Shown: one piece after another, positions 1 through 9,660 of the stretch
How positions within the stretch are numbered: position 1 is the stretch's first letter
How the letters are laid out: each line of letters opens with the position of its first letter
NCBI GenBank assembly: GCA_944389075.1
Contig: CALXLA010000038.1
Location: 23,560 to 87,559 of the forward strand
Reading direction: 5' to 3'
DNA length: 64,000 bases
Source of the DNA: an uncultured Spirochaetaceae bacterium
Lineage (GTDB): Bacteria; Spirochaetota; Spirochaetia; Sphaerochaetales; Sphaerochaetaceae
Notes under the pieces: generated by a model
The model's input: the letters and a program-made list of their open reading frames with translations, nothing else
The model's database searches: none
Told to the model about the DNA's origin: nothing
Program-made: the position numbers and the translations under genes

Positions 1-224
1 TTCATCGGAACACCGAGGAATCTTACGCTGTCTCCTGTCGATACGCCCATAGCGCCCTGGAAGACCTGAAGCGACACGATATCGCCATCGAGCTTGATGA
101 CGTTTGCATAGCCCTTGCCTCTGGATGTGGTTATCTCAGCAAGGTCATTGTTCCTGACGCCCTCAGCGCGGACCGTTATGACGTTGCCGACAATCGATTC
201 GATCTTCGTATAGATCTTCTGCAT
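1..224 (-). CDS. atpB: V-type ATP synthase subunit B, N-terminal fragment (gene runs off the left edge)
   Basis: Reverse-strand translation from the ATG at 222-224 gives MQKIYTKIESIVGNVITVRAEGVRNNDLAEITTSRGKGYANVIKLDGDIVSLQVFQGAMGVSTGDSVRFLGVPM. This is the typical N-terminal barrel of V/A-ATPase B subunits. Its ATG overlaps the TAA stop of subunit A (TAATG). Confidence 0.75.
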   Translation of the reverse strand, partial: MQKIYTKIESIVGNVITVRAEGVRNNDLAEITTSRGKGYANVIKLDGDIVSLQVFQGAMGVSTGDSVRFLGVPM

Positions 225-1954
225 TACTTCACCCTCCTTGACTGAGCATATGCCTTGAGCTCCGAAAGCCTCTCATCATAGCGCTCATCATCCTCTGCGG
301 TTCCATTCCAGTCGAGGAAGCGCTGCCTGAGCTCATTGAAGAACGTCCTGGCATCCTTCTTGTCCTCAAGGCTGTATGAAGCTGTCAGAACATCATAGAG
401 AATCGAGAATGCAAGCTTCTGCCTCTCAGGAGTGACTGCGTCATCGACAGGATCGAAGGAGTTCTGCTGAAGATATACTGCATCCATGAACTCGCCTTTC
501 TGATAAAGCACGTAATCATCAAGTGATGTGCCTTCCTCTCCGACGACCTTCATCATCTGCCCAACCTCATTTCCCCTTCTCAGGTATGAATAGGCAGTCT
601 CCACTTCATCCTTATCGATGATACCTGTGTACTTCGACCAGGAATCAAGAGGATCGATCGCAGGGTACTTTCTCGCATCGGATCTTTCCCTCGAAAGACC
701 ATGGAACGCTCCGACGACTTTCAGCGTCGCCTGTGTCACAGGCTCTTCGAAGTTACCGCCTGCAGGAGATACAGTGCCGCCGATCGTGACGGAACCTATG
801 CGCCCATCCCTGAGGCGTACCTTGCCTGCTCTTTCATAGAACTCCGCGATTCTGGATTCAAGGTAAGCTGGGAATGCCTCATCACCAGGGATTTCCTCGA
901 GTCTTCCAGACATCTCCCTCATAGCCTGAGCCCAGCGCGATGTGCTGTCCGCGAGGAGAAGGACATCGAGTCCCATGTTCCTGTAGTACTCTGCCATCGT
1001 CACAGCTGTATATACAGAGGCTTCCCTGGCCGCGACAGGCATCGATGATGTATTGCAGATTATGATTGTCCTCTCCATGAGGCTCCTGCCTGTCTTGGGG
1101 TCGATGAGCTCTGGGAACTCTTTGAGGACCTCAACGACCTCACCCGCTCTTTCTCCGCAGGCCGCGATGATTACGATATCGACCTCAGCGTTCCTTGATG
1201 TGAGATGCTGGAGAACTGTCTTTCCGGCACCGAACGGACCAGGAATGCAGTATGTGCCGCCTTTCGCGACAGGGAGGAATGTATCGATGATCCTGACTTT
1301 CGTGACCATTGGCTCATCAGGACGGATACGCTCATCATAGGCCTTTATCGCCATCTTCACAGGCTGTGTTATGGCCATCGAGAGCTCGCGTTCCTCGCCT
1401 TCCCTGTTTCCGATCACCGCAATAGTGGCATGGACATTGTATGTTCCCTTCTCCTTGATCGACTTGATCGTCCACTCACCCTGAAGCGTGAATGGGACAA
1501 AGATCTGATGCGTGAACATGCCTTCCGGAACAGATCCGAGTATATCGCCGGCAATGACTCTGTCCCCTGCTTTCCTTGAAGGAGTGAATTCCCAGTCCTT
1601 ATCCGGAAGAGGCGGGAGATAGACACCGCGCTCAAGGAAGAATCCGCACTTCTCAGCAAGATCCGGAAGAGGGTTCTGCAGTCCGTCATAGACCTGAGTG
1701 AGAAGCCCTGGCCCAAGCTCTGCAGAAAGCATCTCGCCTGTGAACTCCACTTCATCACCTACGGCGATGCCGCCTGTCATCTCATAGACCTGCAGGGATG
1801 CAATGCCATCTGTTATCCTTATGATCTCACCTTTGAGGCGGGTATCACCGACATGGATGTATCCGACTTCGTTCTTGATTACTTGGCTTTCGAACCTGAC
1901 GTTGACCATGTTGCCATTAACGCCAGTGACATGGCCTTTGCTCACTGATGCCAT
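224..1954 (-). CDS. atpA: V-type ATP synthase catalytic subunit A
   Basis: 576-aa ORF with Walker A GPFGAGKTV and DVLLLADSTSRWAQA. SD AAGGAGAG lies just upstream of the ATG. Flanked by other V-ATPase subunits. Confidence 0.95.
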   Translation of the reverse strand: MASVSKGHVTGVNGNMVNVRFESQVIKNEVGYIHVGDTRLKGEIIRITDGIASLQVYEMTGGIAVGDEVEFTGEMLSAELGPGLLTQVYDGLQNPLPDLAEKCGFFLERGVYLPPLPDKDWEFTPSRKAGDRVIAGDILGSVPEGMFTHQIFVPFTLQGEWTIKSIKEKGTYNVHATIAVIGNREGEERELSMAITQPVKMAIKAYDERIRPDEPMVTKVRIIDTFLPVAKGGTYCIPGPFGAGKTVLQHLTSRNAEVDIVIIAACGERAGEVVEVLKEFPELIDPKTGRSLMERTIIICNTSSMPVAAREASVYTAVTMAEYYRNMGLDVLLLADSTSRWAQAMREMSGRLEEIPGDEAFPAYLESRIAEFYERAGKVRLRDGRIGSVTIGGTVSPAGGNFEEPVTQATLKVVGAFHGLSRERSDARKYPAIDPLDSWSKYTGIIDKDEVETAYSYLRRGNEVGQMMKVVGEEGTSLDDYVLYQKGEFMDAVYLQQNSFDPVDDAVTPERQKLAFSILYDVLTASYSLEDKKDARTFFNELRQRFLDWNGTAEDDERYDERLSELKAYAQSRRVK

Positions 1955-1963
1955 ACCCTCTCC

Positions 1964-2497
1964 TTATCTGAAAATATCTTCTTCTATAATCTTGTAGAGC
2001 CTGTCGAATTCCTTCGAGCCCTTCTCTTCGCTGAATGATGAAGAGCGCTCGATAAGCTGAAGCTTAAGCGCGTAGATCATCAATGCCCTGGATGAGAACG
2101 GAGAACCGCCCTCCTCCGAGGAGAGGAAATCGAAATACAGCGAGAGGACAGCCCTCTCTGCCTGAAGAGGATCGAGATCTTCTATGATTCTCCTGATTTT
2201 CTCCTCAAGAAGCCTGTCGCCGCTTTCCTTCCTCTCATAGCCTGGGAAGCCAAGCTTCTGAGCGCGCATTGAATTCATCATCCTGCGTATCTTGCCTACA
2301 TACTCCTGCCATGAACGGACAACCGGAAGCTTCGCGCTATCGCCGGAAGGAGAAAGAACCGCCTTCTCAAGATCGCGATAGTCCCTTGCCGAGAGATTGT
2401 CCTTTGCTGCAGCCATGAAGCCTGAATAGGAAATAGGTGCTTCCTTTGTCATATCAAGCATAGGCAGCGTTGATGCGAAATAGTAGTACTCAGCCAT
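1964..2497 (-). CDS. V-ATPase operon protein, DUF2764-like (occupies the subunit C position)
   Basis: The ORF is open to 2554, but the ATG at 2497 (MAEYYYFASTLPML...) sits 2 nt after the subunit E stop. Its position between E and A matches the DUF2764 gene of spirochaete/chlamydial V-ATPase operons. Family recalled from memory, not searched. Confidence 0.6.
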   Translation of the reverse strand: MAEYYYFASTLPMLDMTKEAPISYSGFMAAAKDNLSARDYRDLEKAVLSPSGDSAKLPVVRSWQEYVGKIRRMMNSMRAQKLGFPGYERKESGDRLLEEKIRRIIEDLDPLQAERAVLSLYFDFLSSEEGGSPFSSRALMIYALKLQLIERSSSFSEEKGSKEFDRLYKIIEEDIFR

Positions 2498-2499
2498 AA

Positions 2500-3081
2500 T
2501 CAGATCAGCTTCTTCAGCGTATCGGAAAGATATGGGTAAATAAGCTCCTGGCACTTATCAGGGGAAATCTCCATATACCCCGATCCGTCTTTCTCAGAAA
2601 TCCTGAATCCTGATGCGACGCGCTGCGATGGCCTGAATTCAAGTCCTTTTGCGATTTCATCGGCGAACTCAGCCTTCAGGGAAGAGCCAAGTGCCTCAAG
2701 ATCCTTCTGATTCAGCTCGACAGCCTTGCCTCCCATATCCCCGGAGAGAACTGCCTTGATGATCGCGATGAGGCCATCCTTATCAAGTGCGGCAGCGATT
2801 TTCCCTGAGAGAATCCTGGTGTACTCATCCTCGATGCTTTTCTTAAGGGAAAGGGAAACATCCCTGGCAGCCTGCCTGATTGCAGCTTCAGAAGAAGTAC
2901 GCTCAAGCGAGATCGCCTTCTCTGCATCAGCTATCATCTTGTCACGGCTCTTCTCTGCTTCCCTGATGATGCCTTCTGCTTCCTCTTTTGCCTTGGAGAT
3001 GATAGCATCAGCTTCTTTTCTGGCCTTGTCAATGCCTTCCTTGCGGATGGAGGCGACAAGATCCTGGATATTCTGTTCCAT
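2500..3081 (-). CDS. atpE: V-type ATP synthase subunit E
   Basis: K/E/A-rich coiled N-terminus (IRKEGIDKARKEADAIISKAKEEAEGIIREAEK) plus a globular C-terminus, as in peripheral-stalk subunit E. SD AGGTGG fits the ATG at 3081; the ORF is also open to 3090. Confidence 0.8.
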   Translation of the reverse strand: MEQNIQDLVASIRKEGIDKARKEADAIISKAKEEAEGIIREAEKSRDKMIADAEKAISLERTSSEAAIRQAARDVSLSLKKSIEDEYTRILSGKIAAALDKDGLIAIIKAVLSGDMGGKAVELNQKDLEALGSSLKAEFADEIAKGLEFRPSQRVASGFRISEKDGSGYMEISPDKCQELIYPYLSDTLKKLI

Positions 3082-3201
3082 ATGTACCACCTATATCTTA
3101 CGGTATGGTAGCACGGTTTTATGTTTTTTTCTTCACACTTTCATAAAAAATAGAAGAAGCGCGGAGCATATGGAAAAACATTGCGGTTCCGTCATAGAAT
3201 C

Positions 3202-3513
3202 ATGGACATGGACTGCGAAGATATTTTCACACGCAAGGGACCAGTGAGGGGAATAGTCGCCATAAAGAACCTGAAAGATGACAGGATCTTCCTGCTTGAG
3301 ACAGAAGATGCAGTATCCTCATTCTCGAAAGAGCGCTTCGCCCTGGATCTGGGAATACATAAAGCGGAAGCGCTCCAGAGCGACTACAGCAAGACAGGCC
3401 TTGAGCTTTTCTCCATAGAGCTGGACTGCGAGGCACCAGCTGATGCTGACCTTCCGGCACTCCTTCGGGAAAGGAAGGAATACTGGAAGGAGAAAGGCTT
3501 CACGCTTTACTGA
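3202..3513 (+). CDS. Small GIY-YIG-like protein (degenerate motifs)
   Basis: [18 protein letters not shown]...[31 protein letters not shown]...RKEYW parallels the GIY...YIG...R...H.N..LQ...G...F.FE...E.W layout, but both signature Tyr are replaced. First ATG is at 3202; the ORF track started at a TTG at 3181. Confidence 0.45.
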   Translation: MDMDCEDIFTRKGPVRGIVAIKNLKDDRIFLLETEDAVSSFSKERFALDLGIHKAEALQSDYSKTGLELFSIELDCEAPADADLPALLRERKEYWKEKGFTLY

Positions 3514-4283
3514 CGATCGCTTCTTATCAGATTCCTGAGGGCTCCGACAGCTGTGCGGATAGCGGCATCAGTATCGTGGACCATCTTGTCTGGAAGACCT
3601 GACAGCATGCGCTCTGTGTTCGTGACATTCAGAAGGCAGCACCCCGCCCTGACACCAAGGCGCGCAGCCACTGTGAAGATTGTCGCGGCTTCCATTTCCG
3701 ACCCAAGCACATGAAGGCGCTTCCATGCCTCCCACTTGGCCTGAAGCTCACCCGCTACAGGCATAACCTCGGGAGAAAGCTCCCCATAGAATGAATCCTT
3801 GCTCTGCACGACACCCGTGTGATATGGAAAGCCGAGAGATAACGCGGACTCCCTCAATGCGCCGACTACATCGAATGATGCGACTGCCGGGAACTCAACC
3901 GGGGCATACTCTCGGCTCGTGCCATCCTGTCTGACAGCTCCCGTGGCTATCACTATGTCTCCGCTCATCACGGAAAGGTCTATACCTCCGCAGGTCCCGA
4001 CACGGATGAAAGTATCAGCACCACAGGCATAGAGCTCCTCCACTGCAATAGCGGCAGACGGGCCTCCTATTCCAGTACTTGTGACAGAGACGCTGACTCC
4101 ATCGAGTTTTCCAGTATATGTGACGAACTCCCTTGAATCCGCAATAAGCACAGGATCATCAAAGTAAGCTGCTATCTTCTGGCATCGCTTTGGATCTCCT
4201 GGAAGAAGCACATATCTTCCGACATCACCCTTTTTCGTCTTCAGATGATACTGAATACCTGTTCCTTCTGTGTAATCTACCAT
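3507..4283 (-). CDS. udp: Uridine phosphorylase (PNP/UDP family)
   Basis: 258 aa, colinear with E. coli Udp: [34 protein letters not shown] motifs. Confidence 0.85.
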   Translation of the reverse strand: MVDYTEGTGIQYHLKTKKGDVGRYVLLPGDPKRCQKIAAYFDDPVLIADSREFVTYTGKLDGVSVSVTSTGIGGPSAAIAVEELYACGADTFIRVGTCGGIDLSVMSGDIVIATGAVRQDGTSREYAPVEFPAVASFDVVGALRESALSLGFPYHTGVVQSKDSFYGELSPEVMPVAGELQAKWEAWKRLHVLGSEMEAATIFTVAARLGVRAGCCLLNVTNTERMLSGLPDKMVHDTDAAIRTAVGALRNLIRSDRQ

Positions 4284-4349
4284 GGATTGATTCTAACACG
4301 GCTTATGCCACTTGAGTATTTTGCATCATAATCCTAGACTCTCACCGCT

Positions 4350-5225
4350 ATGAAAGAACGGAATGCAGGACTTCTGCTTCTCCTGACATCATTTATATGG
4401 GGCATGAGCTTCGTCGCTCAGTCGGTATCATCTGATGCAGTCGGAAGCTTCACATTCAACGGAATCAGGATGCTTATCGGGGCGCTTGTGCTCCTGCCTG
4501 TCGTCATTCCGGTGGCCGGAAAACACAAAGGCAACAAGGCATACTGGAAAAGGGCATGGAAATCGGGAGCACTTCTCGGCGTCCTGATCGCATCAGCTTC
4601 AGTCGTGCAGCAGTATGGCGTCGCGATATCAGGCGCAGGGAAAGGCGGATTCATAACATCGATCTACATAATATTCGTCCCTATCTTCTCGATGCTGTTC
4701 GGCTCGAAGGTCTCAAGACGGACCTGGACATGTGCGGCAGCCGCCCTCGTGGGAATGTACATGCTCTGCATTTCCGATGGATTCTCGATCTCATCAGGCG
4801 ATCTGATACTCATCGCATGCGCAGTGCTGTTCGCATTCCATATAATCGCAATCGATCATGTCGGAAGATATACGGAAGGAGTGCTTCTTTCCTTCCTGCA
4901 GTTCCTGATCGGAGGCGCGATCTGCTCTGTCGTGATGATTCCGCTTGAGCATCCTTCCGCGGAAAGCATCATTGCTGTATGGTGGCCTATACTCTATGCA
5001 GGCGCATTCAGCTGCGGAGCCGCATATACACTGCAGATCATCGGACAGAAATACATGAAGCCTTCCAATGCTGTACTGATACTCTCCCTTGAAAGCGTCT
5101 GGGCAGCCATCGGAGGTGCCATCATCCTCGGAGAGAGCATGAGCGCAAGGGAGATGATAGGTGCCGCGCTTGTCTTCGCATCTGTTGTCGCTGCACAGAT
5201 TCCCGGAAAGGAAGCCTCACATTAG
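4350..5225 (+). CDS. DMT superfamily (EamA-type) transporter
   Basis: 291 aa with about 10 hydrophobic helices as two EamA-like repeats. Confidence 0.85.
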   Translation: MKERNAGLLLLLTSFIWGMSFVAQSVSSDAVGSFTFNGIRMLIGALVLLPVVIPVAGKHKGNKAYWKRAWKSGALLGVLIASASVVQQYGVAISGAGKGGFITSIYIIFVPIFSMLFGSKVSRRTWTCAAAALVGMYMLCISDGFSISSGDLILIACAVLFAFHIIAIDHVGRYTEGVLLSFLQFLIGGAICSVVMIPLEHPSAESIIAVWWPILYAGAFSCGAAYTLQIIGQKYMKPSNAVLILSLESVWAAIGGAIILGESMSAREMIGAALVFASVVAAQIPGKEASH

Positions 5226-7490
5226 CTCGACATATGTCTTGCCCATTCCTCCATCGCTGGGATGGGCGAAATAGAAGTCCTTCACTTCCCTTCTTCCTGA
5301 AAGATATTTATGGATGCCTTTCGAGAGAATGCCATCACCAAACCCATGGATTATCGAGAAAGTGCCAAGGGATGACAGGATCGCAGCTTCGATCTGATCA
5401 TCGAGACGTCTCAGCGCCTCTTCAAGTGTACAGCCTCTTACATCGATTGTGTAATCCGCCTTCTTCGCAGATGGGGTATAACTGACAACAGCCTTCCGCT
5501 CTGTCCTCTCCGCATGATGCACCATGGTTTTCCTGAGCGTCATCCTCAATCCATTCTCGAGCATCACGACAACATCCTTATCTGTTGACGAGACGACTTC
5601 TCCACGTGCGGACATGCTGCCGCAGGTCACGGCATCGCCTGGAGCGAAGACTTCATCCGATACCTCTTCCTCAGCAGAGACCTTCTGCTCCTCTTCCTTT
5701 TGCTTCTCGGCAATTTCCTCCATGAAAGCCTTTGCCTCATGGATCTTCTCAGTCGTGAGCTTTCCTGTCCTTATATCACTGATGAGATTCTCAAGAGTCT
5801 TCCTTGACTGCCTGAGAAATGATGATATCTCCTCGACACCATCGCGCCTGAGCCCGCTTTCAAGCTTCCTGAGCTCTTCCTCCTTCTCATCGAGAAGCGC
5901 CTTCTCCTTCTCCGCCTCCCTTGTCTTCAGCGCATATTCAGTGATCTTCCTGTCGAGCGCACGTTCCTTTGAGAGAAGTGCCTTTATGACAGAAGCAGAG
6001 GAACCGCTCGTGCCTCTGAGGGATGCGGAGGCTTCCTCGATGATCTCCTTGGGCATCGTCATTCTTCTGGCGGTCTCAAGCGCATAGCTTTCCCCCGGGA
6101 TTCCCTCAAGGACCCTGTATGTCGGAAGTCCGCTTCTTTCATCGAATTCCATCGATGCATTGAGCATTCCATCCTCTGTATATGCAAAGCTCTTGACAGC
6201 TGAATAGTGAGATGTCGCCATAGTAAGGGCCACCCGCTTCCTGAAATACTTCAGGATCGCAACTGACAGCGCAGCACCCTCTTCGGGGTCAGTTCCCGTC
6301 CCGAGCTCATCAAGGATGACAAGGGACCTGCTGTCCGCCGCTGAGGAAATCGAAGCGATGTTCTTCATATGGGATGAGAATGTCGAAGCGGAATCCGATA
6401 TCGACTGCCCGTCTCCGATATCCGTATAGATTGACGAGAAAAGCGGAAGCGATGATAAGGATGATGCCGGTATGTATCCGGAAATCTGGTTGAGAGCCGC
6501 AAGGAGCGCGACTGTCTTCATCGAGACAGTCTTTCCTCCGGCATTGGCGCCTGAAAGCACAACCGCCTTTGTATTGTCATCCAGGACGATGTCTATCGCG
6601 ACAGCACCGGAACCAAGGAGCGGATGCCTTGCACTGCGGAGAACGACACTGTCAGAAAGTGCGGGATGCACTGCCTTCTCCCTCTTTGCCCAAAGCGCGA
6701 ATGAGTATCTGAAATCAAAATCAATGACTTCCTCAAGCATCCCGGGGAGAACCGGCACGAACTCATTCCTGACACTGCTGCTCAGCTCATGAAGGATCTT
6801 AGCTTTCTCAGCGGCGATGCGCTCTTCAGCAATCACTACATCGTTATTGAGATTCACAAGCCCGAATGGCTCAGCAAAAACAGTGGAACCCGATGAGGAT
6901 GTTCCCGCGATATAGCAGCCTGTGCGCTTCTCAGAGCTCTTGATCGGAATCACGATGCGCTCATTGCGGTACATAGGCTCGGCCTGCTGGACTTTATCCC
7001 TGTTCGCCCTTATGTATTCCTGAGAAAAACGTATCCTGCTCTCCTTCGCGCTCTCGAGGGCCTTCTGCAGTGGAATGAGACGCGGATGAGTGTCAACGAC
7101 AGTCCCATCAGATGATAATGATGAGATTATCTCTTCTGAAAGGCTCTGGAGAGATTCATCAATCTCATCTTCCCTTCCAAGAAACCTCTGCATGGAGGCA
7201 TAAGATGCCATATACTCGCCACTCTGCCGCACGAGAAGCCCCGGGAAATCCATATGCGTGGAAGAAGCCCAGCTGAGGATATCCGATGCGGATGGGAAGA
7301 TATCAGGTGGTTCCTTGCCGAGATAGCCAAGGCATTCCGCGATGCCATCGGCACGTTTCCTGATGATCTCCTCATCGGATGTGAACAAATCCGCAGAGAT
7401 CGCAGCCCTGCCTTCTGGAGAAAGGGAGTGTGCCCTCACATCATCAAGGACCTTATCAAGCTCGATATCATGGACAGTACGCTCTCTCAT
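5217..7490 (-). CDS. mutS2: Endonuclease MutS2 (MutS ATPase plus C-terminal Smr domain)
   Basis: 757 aa with Walker A GANAGGKTV and DELGTGTDP, a long coiled-coil and a C-terminal Smr (IDVRGCTLEEAL...IIHGFGDGIL). Confidence 0.9.
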   Translation of the reverse strand: MRERTVHDIELDKVLDDVRAHSLSPEGRAAISADLFTSDEEIIRKRADGIAECLGYLGKEPPDIFPSASDILSWASSTHMDFPGLLVRQSGEYMASYASMQRFLGREDEIDESLQSLSEEIISSLSSDGTVVDTHPRLIPLQKALESAKESRIRFSQEYIRANRDKVQQAEPMYRNERIVIPIKSSEKRTGCYIAGTSSSGSTVFAEPFGLVNLNNDVVIAEERIAAEKAKILHELSSSVRNEFVPVLPGMLEEVIDFDFRYSFALWAKREKAVHPALSDSVVLRSARHPLLGSGAVAIDIVLDDNTKAVVLSGANAGGKTVSMKTVALLAALNQISGYIPASSLSSLPLFSSIYTDIGDGQSISDSASTFSSHMKNIASISSAADSRSLVILDELGTGTDPEEGAALSVAILKYFRKRVALTMATSHYSAVKSFAYTEDGMLNASMEFDERSGLPTYRVLEGIPGESYALETARRMTMPKEIIEEASASLRGTSGSSASVIKALLSKERALDRKITEYALKTREAEKEKALLDEKEEELRKLESGLRRDGVEEISSFLRQSRKTLENLISDIRTGKLTTEKIHEAKAFMEEIAEKQKEEEQKVSAEEEVSDEVFAPGDAVTCGSMSARGEVVSSTDKDVVVMLENGLRMTLRKTMVHHAERTERKAVVSYTPSAKKADYTIDVRGCTLEEALRRLDDQIEAAILSSLGTFSIIHGFGDGILSKGIHKYLSGRREVKDFYFAHPSDGGMGKTYVELM

Positions 7491-8410
7491 CGCCTTGTAT
7501 TCCTCTTGTCGCGCATATAGAAAGGCACGCGCTCCTCAAGTGCGCTGAGTATCCTGAGATAACTTTCGTACCGCTCTTCGCTGATCTGTCCATTTTCCAG
7601 AAGCTCCTCCACCTTGCAGCCATCCTCCCCGCGATGGAGACAGCCCGGGTATCCGCACGCAAGGTTTCTGAGCTCCGGAAAGCTCTCCTTGACGATGCGT
7701 ATATCCTCGAACGGGACCTCGATCTCCCTCACGCCCGGCGTATCGATCACCGCGATGCCATCATGCTCAAGATACAGCGAGTGGTTCGTCGTATGCTTTC
7801 CCCTGTTGTATTTCCAGCTGACTTCCCCTGTCCTCTGCTCTGTTCCCAGAAGCGTATTGATGAGTGTGGACTTGCCGACCCCGCTCTGCCCTGCGAATGA
7901 TGTCGTGTTTCCCGAAAGAACTGACCTGAGCTCTTCTATTCCTTCCCCTGTCACAGATGAGACATACAGTGTTCTGAAGCCTATCGCGGAATACTCATCG
8001 AATGCCTGCCTTATATCATCATCGGCCTGGTCAGACTTGTTCATTATCAGAAGCACATCAGAGCCAGAGACACATGCGATCGCCCTGTCAAGGAAACGTG
8101 GCCTGAACGGAGGGGATAGCGGAGAGACGACAATAGCGGCAAGACTCTGATTCGCGGCAATCGTCTGATTGACTGCTCTCTTCGCATTCCAGCGCGTGAA
8201 AGCGCTTTTTCTTTCCTCCCTTTCCCAGATTATGGCCTCAGACTCAGAATATGCCTCCCCCACAGCGATATCGCCGACAGCGATGGGACTGTATTCCGGC
8301 TCAATATTCCTCAGGACCTTGCCTTTGATCCTGCATGTATATGTTTTTCCATCATCCAGGGAAATGGCTGTATAGATATTATTGATCGAACGTCTGATCT
8401 GAAAGCGCAT
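7487..8410 (-). CDS. rsgA: Ribosome small-subunit-dependent GTPase A
   Basis: Circularly permuted GTPase: NKSD then GQSGVGKSTLIN and DTPG, with a C-terminal Zn cluster C..C.H....C. ATGA overlap with mutS2. Confidence 0.9.
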   Translation of the reverse strand: MRFQIRRSINNIYTAISLDDGKTYTCRIKGKVLRNIEPEYSPIAVGDIAVGEAYSESEAIIWEREERKSAFTRWNAKRAVNQTIAANQSLAAIVVSPLSPPFRPRFLDRAIACVSGSDVLLIMNKSDQADDDIRQAFDEYSAIGFRTLYVSSVTGEGIEELRSVLSGNTTSFAGQSGVGKSTLINTLLGTEQRTGEVSWKYNRGKHTTNHSLYLEHDGIAVIDTPGVREIEVPFEDIRIVKESFPELRNLACGYPGCLHRGEDGCKVEELLENGQISEERYESYLRILSALEERVPFYMRDKRNTRR

Positions 8411-8413
8411 ATC

Positions 8414-9076
8414 GTGATGTTAGCACAATCTTTGATTGACACAAAGCGCTCTCAGGGCCACGATATCATCATGTTCCCTTTCAAACACTGCATAGTGCCA
8501 GGATGCCCTGCATTCACATACAAAGAGACGGATTACTGCTATCACCATTCCCCTGATAAGGCGGAAATACTTTCTGAAGTGACAGAGCTTCTCGAAAAGG
8601 GCGGCAGCATCAGGGATATCTCTCTTGTGAATGCGGAGATAAGAGGGATAAGGACAGGAAAGGCACTGGATATCATCGCATCGAATTTCTCTTTCACTGT
8701 ATTCGAGGACTGCGTATTCGAGAATGCGAGGATAATCGCATCATTCTTCGACTACTGCATCTTCAGCCGCTGCCGGTTCATATCCTGCGATATCAGATAC
8801 TCCGTATTCGCAGGCTCGATGTTCGCATCTTCATCAATCACGGATTCGACTGTCATCCATAACAACTTCATGGGCATAGAAGCAGCCGACTCGGATTTCT
8901 CATCGAATGATTTCTACTTCTCGTCATTCTCCCTTTCAAAGATGCAGGACACATCACTGGAGGACTGCAACCTGAAGAGGACAAACTTCCGCTCATGCAT
9001 CACGAAGAACGTCTCATTCAGATACTCGAATCCTGAGGAAGCCTTCTTCAGGAAGGATGAGGGATACACTATATGA
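8414..9076 (+). CDS. Pentapeptide-repeat protein with N-terminal Cys/His knuckle
   Basis: Repetitive A(D/N)(L/F)xx pentapeptides (FEDCVFENARIIASFFDYCIFSRCRFISCDIRYSVFAGSMF). N-terminal CIVPGCPAFTYKETDYCYHH. Start uncertain: GTG 8414, ATG 8417 or ATG 8471. Confidence 0.65.
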   Translation: MMLAQSLIDTKRSQGHDIIMFPFKHCIVPGCPAFTYKETDYCYHHSPDKAEILSEVTELLEKGGSIRDISLVNAEIRGIRTGKALDIIASNFSFTVFEDCVFENARIIASFFDYCIFSRCRFISCDIRYSVFAGSMFASSSITDSTVIHNNFMGIEAADSDFSSNDFYFSSFSLSKMQDTSLEDCNLKRTNFRSCITKNVSFRYSNPEEAFFRKDEGYTI

Positions 9077-9660
9077 ATATCTTCGCGCATCTTTCGGCTG
9101 AACGTCTTGCGAATGTATATACGGTGGCAGACGATGACGGGAATGCCATCATAATCGATCCTGCGCATATCGATAAGGAAATACTGCAGATCATCGAGGA
9201 ACGCACAAACATCCTCAAGGCGGTGTTCCTCACACACAGACATGTGACACATGCGGAGGGACTCGGGACGCTTATGAAAATCTATCAGGATGTCAGGATA
9301 TATTCAGCATCAGATACGATCATGGGCTTTCCATCGATAAAGCTCGCCGATGGCGACATGATAACGATCGGCGGCCTCTGCATCGAGGCCATATCCGTTC
9401 CCGGGCATTCGATGGACTCGCTTGTCTACAGGATCGGCTCAGCGCTTTTTACCGGAGACACGCTGCTGGCGGGTACAATAGGCTCTACGAAGAGTGTCAT
9501 CGAGAAAGCCCTGCTGACGAAGTCGATAAGATCAAAGCTCCTCACCCTTCCTGACAACTGCCTCATATATCCAGGTCACGGCTCATTATCGAAAATACGA
9601 CTTGAGCTGATGTTCAACCAGGACCTGCTCGAATCAGGGATGTCAGTCATCGACGCCTAA
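9073..9660 (+). CDS. MBL-fold metallo-hydrolase (glyoxalase II-like)
   Basis: THRHVTHAEG (variant HxHxDH), PGHS and GD..L motifs. ATGA overlap with the pentapeptide gene. Confidence 0.8.
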   Translation: MNIFAHLSAERLANVYTVADDDGNAIIIDPAHIDKEILQIIEERTNILKAVFLTHRHVTHAEGLGTLMKIYQDVRIYSASDTIMGFPSIKLADGDMITIGGLCIEAISVPGHSMDSLVYRIGSALFTGDTLLAGTIGSTKSVIEKALLTKSIRSKLLTLPDNCLIYPGHGSLSKIRLELMFNQDLLESGMSVIDA

